Notes under the pieces: model-generated
The model's database searches: none
Seen by the model: only the letters and a program-made list of their open reading frames with translations
What the model was told of the DNA's origin: nothing
Program-made: the position numbers and the translations under genes
Part shown: positions 1 through 10,725 of the stretch, piece by piece
How the letters are laid out: each line of letters starts with the position of its first letter
How positions within the stretch are numbered: the first letter of the stretch is position 1
Assembly: GCA_009103225.1 (NCBI GenBank)
Contig: RHPI01000818.1
Span: forward strand, 316,911-363,943
Source of the DNA: Chlorokybus atmophyticus
Lineage: Eukaryota > Plantae > Mesostigma and Chlorokybus algae
Reading direction: 5' to 3'
DNA: 47,033 nucleotides

Positions 1-16
1 CATGGTCACAAGGTAC
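1..16 (+). repeat. hAT left terminal inverted repeat
   Basis: CATGGTCACAAGGTAC; inverted match at 3198-3213. Confidence 0.85.
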
Positions 17-456
17 GCGACTTTTAGACCAATAGTACGCGTTTGGACGCGTACAGAGACCCCGCGTACCTAATACGCAGTCTGTACGCAGTCTGTACGC
101 CAGTGTAACTGGGTTACGCTCCAGTTACGCTGAGATACAGCTTAGCACTGTATCTCAACCGTAACTGGTCAGTCTAGTGTAACTAGGCGGCGGTGCAGGC
201 AACATAGTTGGCGGCAGCGGCGGCGTTAGCGGCGGCAGGCAGGTGGGAACGGCGCTCCTTTAGCTGCAAGCTTCATCTCTCAAGCTACTGTAGCTGCGCC
301 TGATAGCCATTAGCTACAAGGTGTGTGCGTGGGTATGCACTGGTTGCCTGCATGCTTGGCTATGCGCCCATCATACATCATGCAGCCTGCAAGTCATACC
401 ATCAACGTGCTATATGTGATTTGCATGTGTTCATAATAGTGTTTGTTTATGTTAGA

Positions 457-2975
457 ATGACGCAAAGTGCGCTGTGGAAGCACGTCGACATAATAGAGAG
501 AAAGCCTCATGGCAACTTTCGTGTGAGGTGTGTTTATTGCGAGCACGAGTGGACAGGAAGTGTTTCACGTATTGGTGCCCATCTGAGTGGTGAACGTGGA
601 GTCACCAAGTGCACAACCCCTCCCGAGGAGATCGTCTTGCAACTTACACAAGCCAAGAAAGACAAGGAGAAAGAGGGTGAGAAGAGGAGGAGGTTGGACT
701 TGCTAGATCAACTCACATCCGCCATTGGGGATGCTGGTGCAGGTACTTGAATGCATGCGTGCATGCATTGAAGCTTGGCAAGCAGTGGTGCTGCTCATCA
801 CGCATCAAATCAATCACATTGTGCTATAGATTCAAGCGCCACCGTTCCTTCTAGTCAACAACAAACTCTTGATGCAACTTTCAAGCGTGGGGATAAAGCG
901 CATGTGGATGAAGCCATTGCTCGGTTTTTCTTCAGCAATGGCATCCCCTTCAACGTGGCAAGGTCCCCTTACTTTATCGCAGCAATGAAAGCGGTTGGCA
1001 AGTTTGGCGCTTCATATACCCCTCCCTCATCCGAGGCGCTTCGCACAACCTTGTTGGAAAAGGAGTATGCTAGGGTGAATGGCGAACTTGCAGTCATCAA
1101 GGACTCAACACGAGAAACCTCATGCACAATTGCTAGCGATGGATGGTCGGACACGTCCAACCGTCCATTGTTGAATGTGCTCATGGTGAGTCCTAAAGGA
1201 GAAGTTTTTCTTCAAGCAATCAACACGGAAGGGAAGGAGAAGACGGCGGAGTATGTATCCGAGCAGCTGATCTCCACCATTGATGAAGTAAGTGGTGCAC
1301 TCGTTCATTGCCATTATAGATTGTGTACACAACCATGCTAAGTAACACATGCAAGCACTGACTGGCAGCACTTTATGAGCACATGCATCACACGCGCATG
1401 CTCATGCTCGCACCCGACACAAGTACGCATGCGTGTGACACATGCATGCACTGACTGGCAGCACTTTGTGAGCACATGCATTACACGCGCATGCTCATGC
1501 TCGCACACAACACAAGTACTTATGCGTGTGACACATGCACGCACTGACTGGCAGCACTTTGTGAGCACATGCATCACACACGCATGCTCATACACGCACA
1601 CAACACAAGTACTTATGTGTGTAACTTGCAGGTGGGGTCCGCGAATGTGATACAAGTTGTCATGGACAATGCAAGCGTGTGCGTAGCTGCTGCACGTCTG
1701 ATCACTAGCGAATACCCGCACATCACATGGACGCCGTGCACCGCGCATTGCTTGGACTTATTGCTTGAGGATATAGGCAAGTTGGAGTGGGTTAAAAGCG
1801 TGGTGGCTGATGGCAAACGCATAGTGAAGTTCATTACCAACCACCATCGTTCCTTGGCCATCTTCCGCTCCAAAGCCAAGCTAGAGCTGCTCAAGCCAGG
1901 TGAAATAGCATGCGTGCATGTGTGTAGTTAGAGATCAACTTAGTACAAGCGCAAGATTAATGGTAGACAGCAACCATGTGAAATTGCAGCTGATTGCCCG
2001 CGCATGCATGCATGCTCATGTCATGCGCGTGCTTGTTTGCTCATAGCTACTTGTTGTGCAGGAGATACTCGCTTCGCAACGTCATTCATAACTCTTGCAA
2101 GGCTAGTCGAGGTCAAAGACGCTCTCGACGAGGTGGTGGTGAGCAGGGACTGGAAGGCTTGGGCCGACAAGGGTGTGCATAAGCAAGAAGCTGCTGCAGT
2201 CAGAGCGTTGATCTTGGCACCAGATTTCTGGTCACAAGTGGCATTAGTGAATGCGGTGTCGGCCCCCATCGTGGATCTGCTGCGTTTGGTTGATGGGAAC
2301 TTGCCCACCATAGGCAAAGTGTACGCCAAGATGTTTCGTGTTGGCGACCAGCTCAAGCATCTGAAGGGCATGACTGAACAACAACGACTTGATGTGCGCG
2401 CCTGTTGGAGGGACAGGTGGATCATGCTGCATAGTGACATGCATGCAGCAGGCTATGTGCTGGATCCCGAATATTGGGGTCATGAGCAGCACACCAATGA
2501 GGAAGTTATGGAAGGCTTTGCAACGATGGTGGAGAGGGTCCTGCAGTCCCATGACAAGGTTGACTTGGCGTTGCAACAGCTACACATGTACCGAAGTAAG
2601 ATGGGGCTGTTCGGCAAAGAGGCAGTGCAACGAGCGGCTCTCACAATGCCCGCGCATGCTTGGTGGCACATGTATGGTGGTAGTGTACCCGAGTTGCAGC
2701 AGCTAGCGATGCGCGTGTTGGCTCAACCATCATCAGCTTGTAGCTGTGAGAGATCCTGGAGCACGTACGACTTCATCCACTCAAAGAGAAGGAATCGGCT
2801 GCAAGCACGCAGGGCAGAGAAGTTGGTGTTTGTCTTCACCAACTTGAGGCAGCTGAAGAAGATCCACAACCCACATTATGTGCAGGAGTTTGTTGAGTGG
2901 GAGGCAGACTCTGATGTGGACGTGTTGTCTAGTAATGATGATGAGGGGGGCGAGTCTGATGATTACTCGGTGTAA
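457..2975 (+). CDS. hAT transposase (BED zinc finger, DUF659-like core, C-terminal hAT dimerisation domain); 4 exons: 457-742, 830-1287, 1632-1899, 2062-2975; 641 aa
   Basis: Motifs: BED-like WKHV..CVYC..RIGAHL, IASDGWSD, WTPCTAHCLDLLLEDIG, spliced LLKPGDTRFATSF, and SSACSCERSWSTYDFIHSKRRNRL. All three introns are GT-AG with matching phases. Exon sum is 1926 nt = 642 codons with no internal stop. Confidence 0.9.
1346..1624. repeat. Three tandem copies of a 93-bp unit inside transposase intron 2
   Basis: ACTGACTGGCAGCACTTT recurs at 1357, 1450 and 1543 (period 93). Confidence 0.9.
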
Positions 2976-3197
2976 CTAGGCAGACACATGTGATGGGCTA
3001 TGTCTGCACACATGCTTCGCTGTAACATAGTGTTCTCTGCTCATTGTTTACTGTTGTGCACATGTACGCAAGTAGCATGCTTGATGCTCGTGAAGCAACA
3101 CGACAAAACTGCCACTGTAGCGTACTGCCACGTACTGGCATAAATGGGTACATGTATGTACGCGTACACCACCGCTCACGTACTAAACGCGTACTGT

Positions 3198-3213
3198 GTA
3201 CCATGTGACCATG
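3198..3213 (-). repeat. hAT right terminal inverted repeat
   Basis: GTACCATGTGACCATG; its reverse complement differs from 1-16 at one base. Confidence 0.85.
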
Positions 3214-3709
3214 GATTCATATCTTGCATGATGTCGGCAGCAGCAGTTGAATCTCCCTCACCTAGGAGACCATGCTTGGTGTGCCCACAATGCAATGCGT
3301 ACGTATGTGCCAATGGTCGTAGGCAGCAAATGCGAGCATACTTGACCGAATGCCAGCGAGTGCAGATAATGTGCCACGTAGCAAAGTAGTGCCCCAGGTG
3401 TGTTTTAGTGCTGCTTGCTGGCATTACACCACACACAATGTCGACGTGTTTGACTGCCGCCTCGGCAAAGTGCTGTGCAAGAAACCCGAGTTTTCCATTG
3501 CGTGCAGTTTGTGTGCGAATCGTGCTCATGCTTCGAGTGGCGAGGGGAACCCATGCGCTTTTTCACATGGACAACACCGGGACATGTGGTTAGCGGACAG
3601 GTGGTGGATGCTGTGGAGGTAAATCGGCAGAGTGGACAACGACGTATCACTGTATGTCATGTTGGGTGTATGCTTATTTCATGCATGTTGAAGCTGTTGT
3701 CGCATTCAG

Positions 3710-4896
3710 AGCAGTCTTCCACGGTGTGGGCGTGGGCAGTTCCACCCCATGGTCGCTGTAGAGGAAGCAGACCATCGACAGTTGGACAGCGCACTGCATC
3801 GGCTACGGAACGCAGTTAAGTTGGGATGCGAGCAGCTGATCGGTGTGAGTATCATGGTGCATTGGCCGCTGGATGGGGAATGGTATGCGGACGTTGTGGA
3901 ATTATTCAAGCAAGCGTCAGGTTAGCATCGCTTTTTGGCGTGCGAGATTGAGGACGCATCATATATGCATGGTGCAATGGAAAATGGCTTTGCAGAGCAG
4001 CACTGTATAGTATTTGATGACGGTGATCGACCACAAACCATAAACTTTAAAGAGCACAACGCATTCGCGTACGCAGCAATTGACGAGGCACGAGTCGCAA
4101 AGTAAGCTCGGATGGTATCATTGTTGGTCCCTGGCCAGCACCACGGTCAGCCTTGATCACATACATGCCATTTAACAACAAGCTTGGATGCACATGCAGA
4201 CCAAGGACACTCGACCTATTCTACGGCGGTGGCGGTGGCGGTGGCGGTGGCGGTCTATATCACGCATGCTTTGACGTGATCGGGATGGACATAAGTCCCT
4301 CTTTTTAGTACTCGCTGCCCTTCATAAGCGGCAATGTATGCACCCTGAATGCAGGAAAACTGAGCGCGTACGAGCTGATATGGGCCAGTCTACCATGCCA
4401 GGCCTATTTGGGTGCTATCTCGGCACCTCAACGGGCGGCACATGGCACATTTTGAAGACACAAGGATATGCTACCGCTCGCCTGACATCTGCTGCTTGCA
4501 AGCCAGGTCAAGGTTGTGATTGAGAATGTGCCAGGAGCAGCTTCCTCAATCAAACCCAATCTGTCCCTTTGTGGCACGATGCTTGGCCTATCAACCTTCC
4601 GACACTGTCTTTTTTAGACACAGCCAGTGGTAGCTACCCCACCAGCACGCTGCTCGCTCACGGGCAAGGCGGTTGGACTACTATCACCACACCTGTCTGC
4701 TAGCGCGAAGAAGACAATCGTGACATCAAACACGCCACATCATCTGTACCCGATCTATGGCCTTCCAAGCACCAGGGGCGGCATTGCTGCAGGGCATACT
4801 GAGCTGGGAGTGCTATACATGACCTCGGCCATTACCATAGCGAATGCAGTTCCTCCCGCAATGGCGGAGTGCATAGGGCATCTCTGCTTAAAATAA
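3710..4896 (+). pseudogene. Spliced Tudor domain fused to a phage/bacterial-type C5 DNA cytosine methyltransferase; exons about 3710-3920, 3996-4101, 4200-4896; 5' extent uncertain
   Basis: The Tudor-like sequence LIGVSIMVHWPLDGEWYADVVELFKQAS/EQHCIVFDDGD spans intron 3921-3995. Intron 4102-4199 (aa|GTAAGC...GCAG|a) joins it in frame to PRTLDLFY-G10-LYHACFDVIGMDI, WASLPCQAY, VVIENVPGA, LCGTMLGLSTFRHCLF*T and GVLYMT..NAVPPAMAECIG, all in one frame. In-frame stops occur at 4306, 4453, 4483 and 4615. Confidence 0.8.
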
Positions 4897-5039
4897 TGGT
4901 TATGCGGTGTGACTACCCTTTTGTGTTATTAAACTATGAGGCTTGAGTGTGGTGCACTGCATTGAGGGTTAATGCCACACAGCTGATTGATTGTTGAATG
5001 TTTTATTCAACATTCGATTGTGGTGACGGTTGTGCAGTG

Positions 5040-5643
5040 TGTCATGCCTATCGCCCAAGCATGCCAGTCGTCATCGGGCATGCCTACAGCGAGACCCTCG
5101 CCCGGCTTACCAGCATGGCAACCCGCGCGCGTCTCTGACCAGTAGCTAGGTCATGTCTCTAGAGTAGCTCGTGACCATAGCCTACATAGGCACCGCGCGT
5201 AGCTGTTCAGTTGTGAGTTCGGTTATAAGTCAGGTCTATATCGAGTGGGAATTTCCTGTGGAAATAGCCTCGATATGACCGTTAGCTTATGTTCTGGACA
5301 GTCATGAGTTGACTTGTATAAGTAGGCACAGTGTTCACCAGATCAGCTGGTGACACTGTAAGTGAGAAAGCTAAGAGCTTGTGAAGCGACTTGAACTACG
5401 AACACACCGTCCTGGTTCCCAAGAATCCCCTCACCGTGTGAGAGCCTGTGCATGTTCTTGTGCACTGTGCTTGTCCTTGTTGTGAGCTTGGTGTACTTGG
5501 TCGCGGGGTGCTTGTTGGCATCAGTCAGGGCATAGCATTCACGTGTTGCTTGCTCATTCACCTCACTTAACAGTGTAATTTCTCTTCCACTCATGCAAAG
5601 AACTGTGTAAACAGCGCTACCTATAGTAGTGGCTTGTTGACTT
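5040..5643 (+). repeat. Repeat A1 (604 bp; LTR-like 5' repeat)
   Basis: Direct repeat of 15786-16390; about 13 substitutions and 1 indel by eye. Confidence 0.92.
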
Positions 5644-5853
5644 ACAGTGTCACCCTCTTTGCTCAAGTGAGTGTAGTTGCAGGCTGTACATCAGCATCGC
5701 AATCTGTAGTTGTACACATCACAGTGCAGTGTTGTCACCGTCATCGCATAGCGCGCACAAGCGCTAGTGTGTTGGGTGATAGCAGCACTGGAGATCCCAT
5801 TGTAGAGCACAAACACTCTACCCTTCATCCACTTTCACCATCGCATCAGCTGT

Positions 5854-7324
5854 ATGAGCAGGCCCACCCCTTTCTCGCCAATAGAAGAAGGGGACCTCAA
5901 CAGCTGGAGCCCAACCTCCAACCTGACCTACGAGCGCGCAAGTGAAGGGAGCGATTACCGTAGCAGCAGAGGCTCACGCCCCGTCTCCGGCTTCACCTCG
6001 TCTCACTCCACTCCTCGTCAACGAGCATCTCCACCACCGTCGGACAGTGACGACGAAGAGATGGAGCCTTCCAGCTCAACCAACTCCCTACGCTTCTCTG
6101 GACGCCCTGGCACCACCTCACTTGACGAGTTCATCATCAAGTTCCACTCCAAGATGCGGCAGCAGGCCCTCAAGAGCAAGGACTGGACAGACGAGGTATC
6201 GTTTCATGTGTCCGCTCAATACCTTGATCACGAAGCACATGATGTATGGAAGTCCGTCGCTGAGTTGCACAGGATTGATGGCTATGGCGAGTTGGCCAGC
6301 ACAATAGCCGCCACGTCACTGCACAGCCCATCGGTTATTGTCCCTGTAGCAGCGGCCCCGCCCGCCTCGAGCACGGGTCTCACTCTAGCTGCAATCATGG
6401 AGAAGGCAGAGAATGAAGAAGTTGAGGTGGTAGTGGCCTCATTGACTCCTGCAGAGATCGAAAGCAAGAAGGCCGAGCGCCGGATCAGGATACTCAACCG
6501 CACCGCTGCCATCATCAGGGAGCAACAAGAGGAGCAGCAAGCTGCAGCATTGGCAATGGGTACGCCCCTGTTACCAACACCGAACTCGCGTGCTCCAGCG
6601 GGAGGCAGTGTTTTCAACCTCGGCTCAGTGGCATTGCGTGCACCCGCGCTCACGGTGGCACGGCCATGTCAGACTCCCCGTTGAAGGACCTCTACGCCGC
6701 ACTCCGGCGCACCTTCCCACCTCAAACCAACAGCAAGGTGGAGGAGTTGAGGCGTTTTCGACGGAAGCCCCACGAGGACCCTCTCCGACTGTATTCACGG
6801 TTGGAAGGGTTGCTTAAAGACACTGACTACAAGATCGTCAGTGAGGAGGCGGCAGCAGTGGTGTATGTGGCCGAGTTGGATCCCACCCTGAGTGAGTCAA
6901 CGCGCCTGACGCTGAACTACAGCAGGCCCCTCGGCTACACCCTTAAGGAAGCTTTGAGACTGCACAAGCCATCCATAAGCGCGCAGTGTATGAGAAAGCG
7001 GTGGTGGACACCAACCGCAGTGCCTCACGGCCTATGGCAGGCACAAGTGCAGAGCCTCTTCGGCGGGACCGCAGTTGGGAGCCGCAAGGCATCCATTACA
7101 AGGATAAACGGTCAGCTCATGCTGCCCTTGTGGCTCCAGTGCTGTGCCACCGGTGTGGTCGACATGGCCACTACCAAAAGGAGTGCACCGAAGATTACGG
7201 CAGCCTTGTGTGCGACCACTGCCACAAGACGGGACACTTGGAGACAGTATGCTGGCTCAAGTTCCCTGAGCTGCGGCCCTCTATTGGCTACAACAACGGC
7301 AACAACGCTGTTGGCTACCGCGGC

Positions 7325-7356
<32 letters not shown>

Positions 7357-7657
7357 CGGGGGCTACAACAACAGCAACCACGCTGGCGGCTACAACAACA
7401 GCAACAGCGCTGGTGGTCGCAACAACGGCAACAATGCTGGTGGCCACAACCCCAACAACAACAACAACGCTGGCGACCGCAAGGAAGAAGCTGGCTATAG
7501 AGGGAAAAACCGCCCTTCACAGCACAAAGGACTTGAGGGACGTCCTCGCGCTGGAGCTGCTGCTGCAAAGGCACCAACCAATCCACCGGCTATTGACCAA
7601 GTGGCAGCCCTGATGGCGCGCGTGGCACAGCTGGAGGAGAACAAGGAGCAGGACTAG
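5854..7657 (+). pseudogene. gag: Gypsy gag (two frameshifts), with two CCHC zinc knuckles and an Asn/Gly-rich tail
   Basis: ORFs 5854, 6666 and 6986 overlap in successive frames. CHRCGRHGHYQKEC and CDHCHKTGHLETVC fit CX2CX4HX4C. An (AAC)n-rich tract lies at about 7286-7470. Confidence 0.8.
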
Positions 7658-10256
7658 CAAGCCTGCTATGCTGATAGGTGGGCACTGATGGCACTGAAAC
7701 GGGATAGAGACACTCTCACGCCGTCACGCGTACAACCATCCAGATGTGCGCGCAGGGAAGCTGGCGCGTCGTCAACAGCGGCATCGTCGGACGCCACAAG
7801 TGGTGCTGCCTCGACAGCCACAACCACCGCTGGGACGACGCCGTCGACGACACCGTCGGCGTCCACACCGACCACGACAGCAGGTGTCAGCACTCTTGGC
7901 ACCACGCTGTCCCCGGTGATAGAGAGCACCCACGCCGCAGCAACCATGGTCGTTGGGTTCGTAAGTGGTGAATCCACCGCTCCTGCCTCCATCGAAGCGA
8001 CCACATCAACCGCAATTGCTGCCACCCTCATTGCCGCCACCTCAGTAACGACGACTGCTGCAGGTGCCACCACCATCGCCTCCAGTAGTGCTGCCATACC
8101 CACTGCACCACTTTCTGAGGTTCGAACGGCACCGCCACCAGCATTGGACGTCACACAGCAAGTGCCACGCGGGCCACAAGCAGAACGCGCCTGGGCGTCG
8201 ATTCTACGCAACGTGGAGCTCACCACCATTGCGTACGGACCAGGGGGGCAACGCACCACGCGCGTGGCACGCGATAATCGCATCTTGCCCCTACCACCTC
8301 CAGAATACCACACGCTGCCGGAACCCACACAACAGCAGCTGGAGGATGAAATCCTCGCTGGCACTGCACCAGAGATGAGGGATCGTCTGTTCGGGGTCAC
8401 CTACCGCCGACCTGCGGTGTTGGAACTGGCCATTCAGTTATTCCTGGCATTACACGCACGATTGCAGGGCGCACCCAGTCAAGCGCGACAGCCCATGCCC
8501 GCTCAACAGATCGACTTCGAGCCTTCGCCATTGGACCCACTCGGCCTCCAGCGACACAAACTGCAAGACCTCGTGGTCACGATGTCTGACATCACGCTGG
8601 GCGCTGATCCCGCTCTCCGGGGGCTCACTCCAGGCAGTCGTCAAGAGCGTTTCTCTGCACTCGAACAGGCCCATCGATATCGCATGGACCAAGCTGCCCA
8701 AGTGGACGCGCGCCGACAAGCGTACGAAGCAGCACACGCCGTTATCGTACCGACCGTAGCGCCAGCACATGTTGCCAGCGCCTCCACGGCGCCGACCACA
8801 TCATACTCCATGGCATTCGCCAGCGAGCAGCCAGGACACGCAACTGTTGCAGACCAAGCGAGGGCGTTGGCGCAACAATTGAGGGGGGTAATCGCCCCGC
8901 TGCTGCCTCCTTTGGTCGAAGACATGCCTGCCACGCGATGCAGGGCGAGGGTACCTCACCCCGCAAGGGGACACCACACAACGTGGAGGAGCTGGTATGG
9001 TGGGGGAGCAAGAACTCCGTACCGCACTCATCCGGCAAGCAGTCATGTTGCACAGGCCTGAGGGCAACACATTAAGACAGATGATGGGGATGCAAGAGGG
9101 CAGCGCCGCTCGAGCTCGTCTCGTGACATGGCTCGTTGCCAATCACCCTGCTGTCCCCCTGTTTGCCTTTGGCAACCGAGCATCATGGTTGGGGGCATTC
9201 GTTCGTTCGTTGCGACAAGCATACGACGAGGCTGCCACCACAGCCCTGGACACGCTGGAGGGAGTGCAAGAGGCAATGCTGCGGCTGCCACGGGTGGAAG
9301 CCGCACGGCAACGGCGGCGCATCGCCATGGCTCATGAGCTACACGCACAGCAAACTGACCTCCAGCGCACCCTACGTACTCGCGCCATGACCGTGCTCGA
9401 TGTGGGAGTGATACAAGGAAGGTGGGATGCCTACATGGCAGGGATCTTGCGAGTCCCCACCATGACTCACGACATGCGGCGACAGCTACTACGCGCCGTA
9501 TACCTGCAGCCCATGCCTCAATATCATCATTGGACCGACACGGACACCGAGCCCACCGCCATGTGGGAAGGGACATTGGTCAGAGAAGCGGCTCATGCTG
9601 TTCGATGGACGTACGCCGCGGAGCAAGCTGAACGCGAGGCAGGCCCACAAACACCGGGTCCGCCGGGGTTTCCTCCACAGCCATTGGGTACGCCCGCGGG
9701 CATGATTCCAGCTTCGCAGAGGCGTCATCCACCTGTGCCGCCACCACAACCAGCGCCGGAACCTCCAGCACCGAGGCCCCCTCGTGTCTACCAACCACCT
9801 CGACAAGGTCGGTTCGGCAGAGGGAGAGGGCAAGGAGGGGATTCTCCGGACCCAGCAGGCAGAGGAGCTCTGGCTGCCATGCGCTCAGCACCTCCAGCTG
9901 AGACAACTGAGTCAGAGGTACAGACACCTCGTATGAAGAGGCTGCGTATCGACGCCAATGCTGCCATGGTGGCCAACCAAGGCAAGCACGTTACCATCAA
10001 CGGTCTGGCACCCAAGCGGGTAATGTTGGACACCGGAGCACAGCCTGTTATTATCGGGCGCTTCCTCGCGCGGTCCCTATGCATAACCAGCTCCGACTTG
10101 GTGCCTTGCCCGTACGTGTTGGACACTGCCACAGGTAGCCGAGATAAGGTGATGGGAGTCACCAGGGAGGCCTTTTGCATTCGGTTGACAGGGCTGGACC
10201 CAACCCACTCGACCGAGATCGTCCAGCAATGTGTGGTCACCAATGCCGGCTTTTTC

Positions 10257-10725
10257 TGTTGAGGATATTCTTGTATCCGGTCAGCTTGCCCTGTGGATAA
10301 GAATCGCCTCGAGAAGATTCAGGCGCGAGAAGGTTCCAGTCGAGAAAGGTCCAGGCGAGGACTTCAGTTGAGAAGGTTTCAGGCGCGGAGTCGAGTCCGG
10401 AGTCTGGAGACTTCCAGGCGCTGTAGAAGAAACGTTTTAGCTCGGTGGTTACGTCATTGTATGGCGCGTGTCATAGCTTGTTGGAAAGCTCTTGAAAGTA
10501 GCTACGTGGTGCAACTTAGAGCGCAGGAATCGGTTGAGTGTAGAAGTCGTGGTGGCTTCTAGAGTAGACAGGTGCAGAACTGGAGGGTATAAAAGCCCGC
10601 GGTATGACTTTGTTGTAATCCTTAGAAAGCCTTTTTGATCAGCCTTGTGTGTATGCTCTGGTAGAGTGTGTGTACTTGTGCTTGCACCAACTCCATGCAT
10701 GGTCTGTAGTGTCCGAATCTCAACA
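10257..10725 (+). mobile_element. Solo LTR (469 bp) of an unrelated LTR family, inserted in the protease region
   Basis: Termini TGTTGAG...CTCAACA (7-bp inverted). 5-bp TSD TTTTC at 10252-10256 and 10726-10730. TATA-like GTATAAAA near 10588. Removing 474 bp restores the frame NAGFF|DFLLGQDF. Confidence 0.92.

Larger units (their letters stand above)
1..3213 (+). mobile_element. hAT-superfamily DNA transposon, apparently complete
   Basis: Left end CATGGTCACAAGGTAC (1-16) matches the reverse complement of 3198-3213 (GTACCATGTGACCATG) at 15/16. Both subterminal regions have clustered GTACGC/GCGTAC-like motifs. The element encloses a hAT transposase. The 8-bp TSD cannot be checked because the left flank is outside the window; the right flank is GATTCATA. 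Confidence 0.9.

Noticed and set aside
1346-1624. CRISPR-like array
   Set aside because: The units are contiguous near-identical 93-mers with no unique spacers, in a eukaryotic intron, with no cas genes.
1338-1748. ORFs 1338-1748 (-) and 1375-1650 (+) with repeated peptides
   Set aside because: They are translations of the 93-bp intronic tandem repeat.
5030-5039. TSD for the DNMT Gypsy
   Set aside because: The left flank (GCAGTG) and right flank (GCTGCT) do not match at 4, 5 or 6 bp for any end placement I tried.
7112-8400. Minus-strand Val/Cys/Ala-rich ORFs
   Set aside because: Antisense readings of (AAC)n and Thr/Ala-rich gag and pol sequence; no independent motifs.
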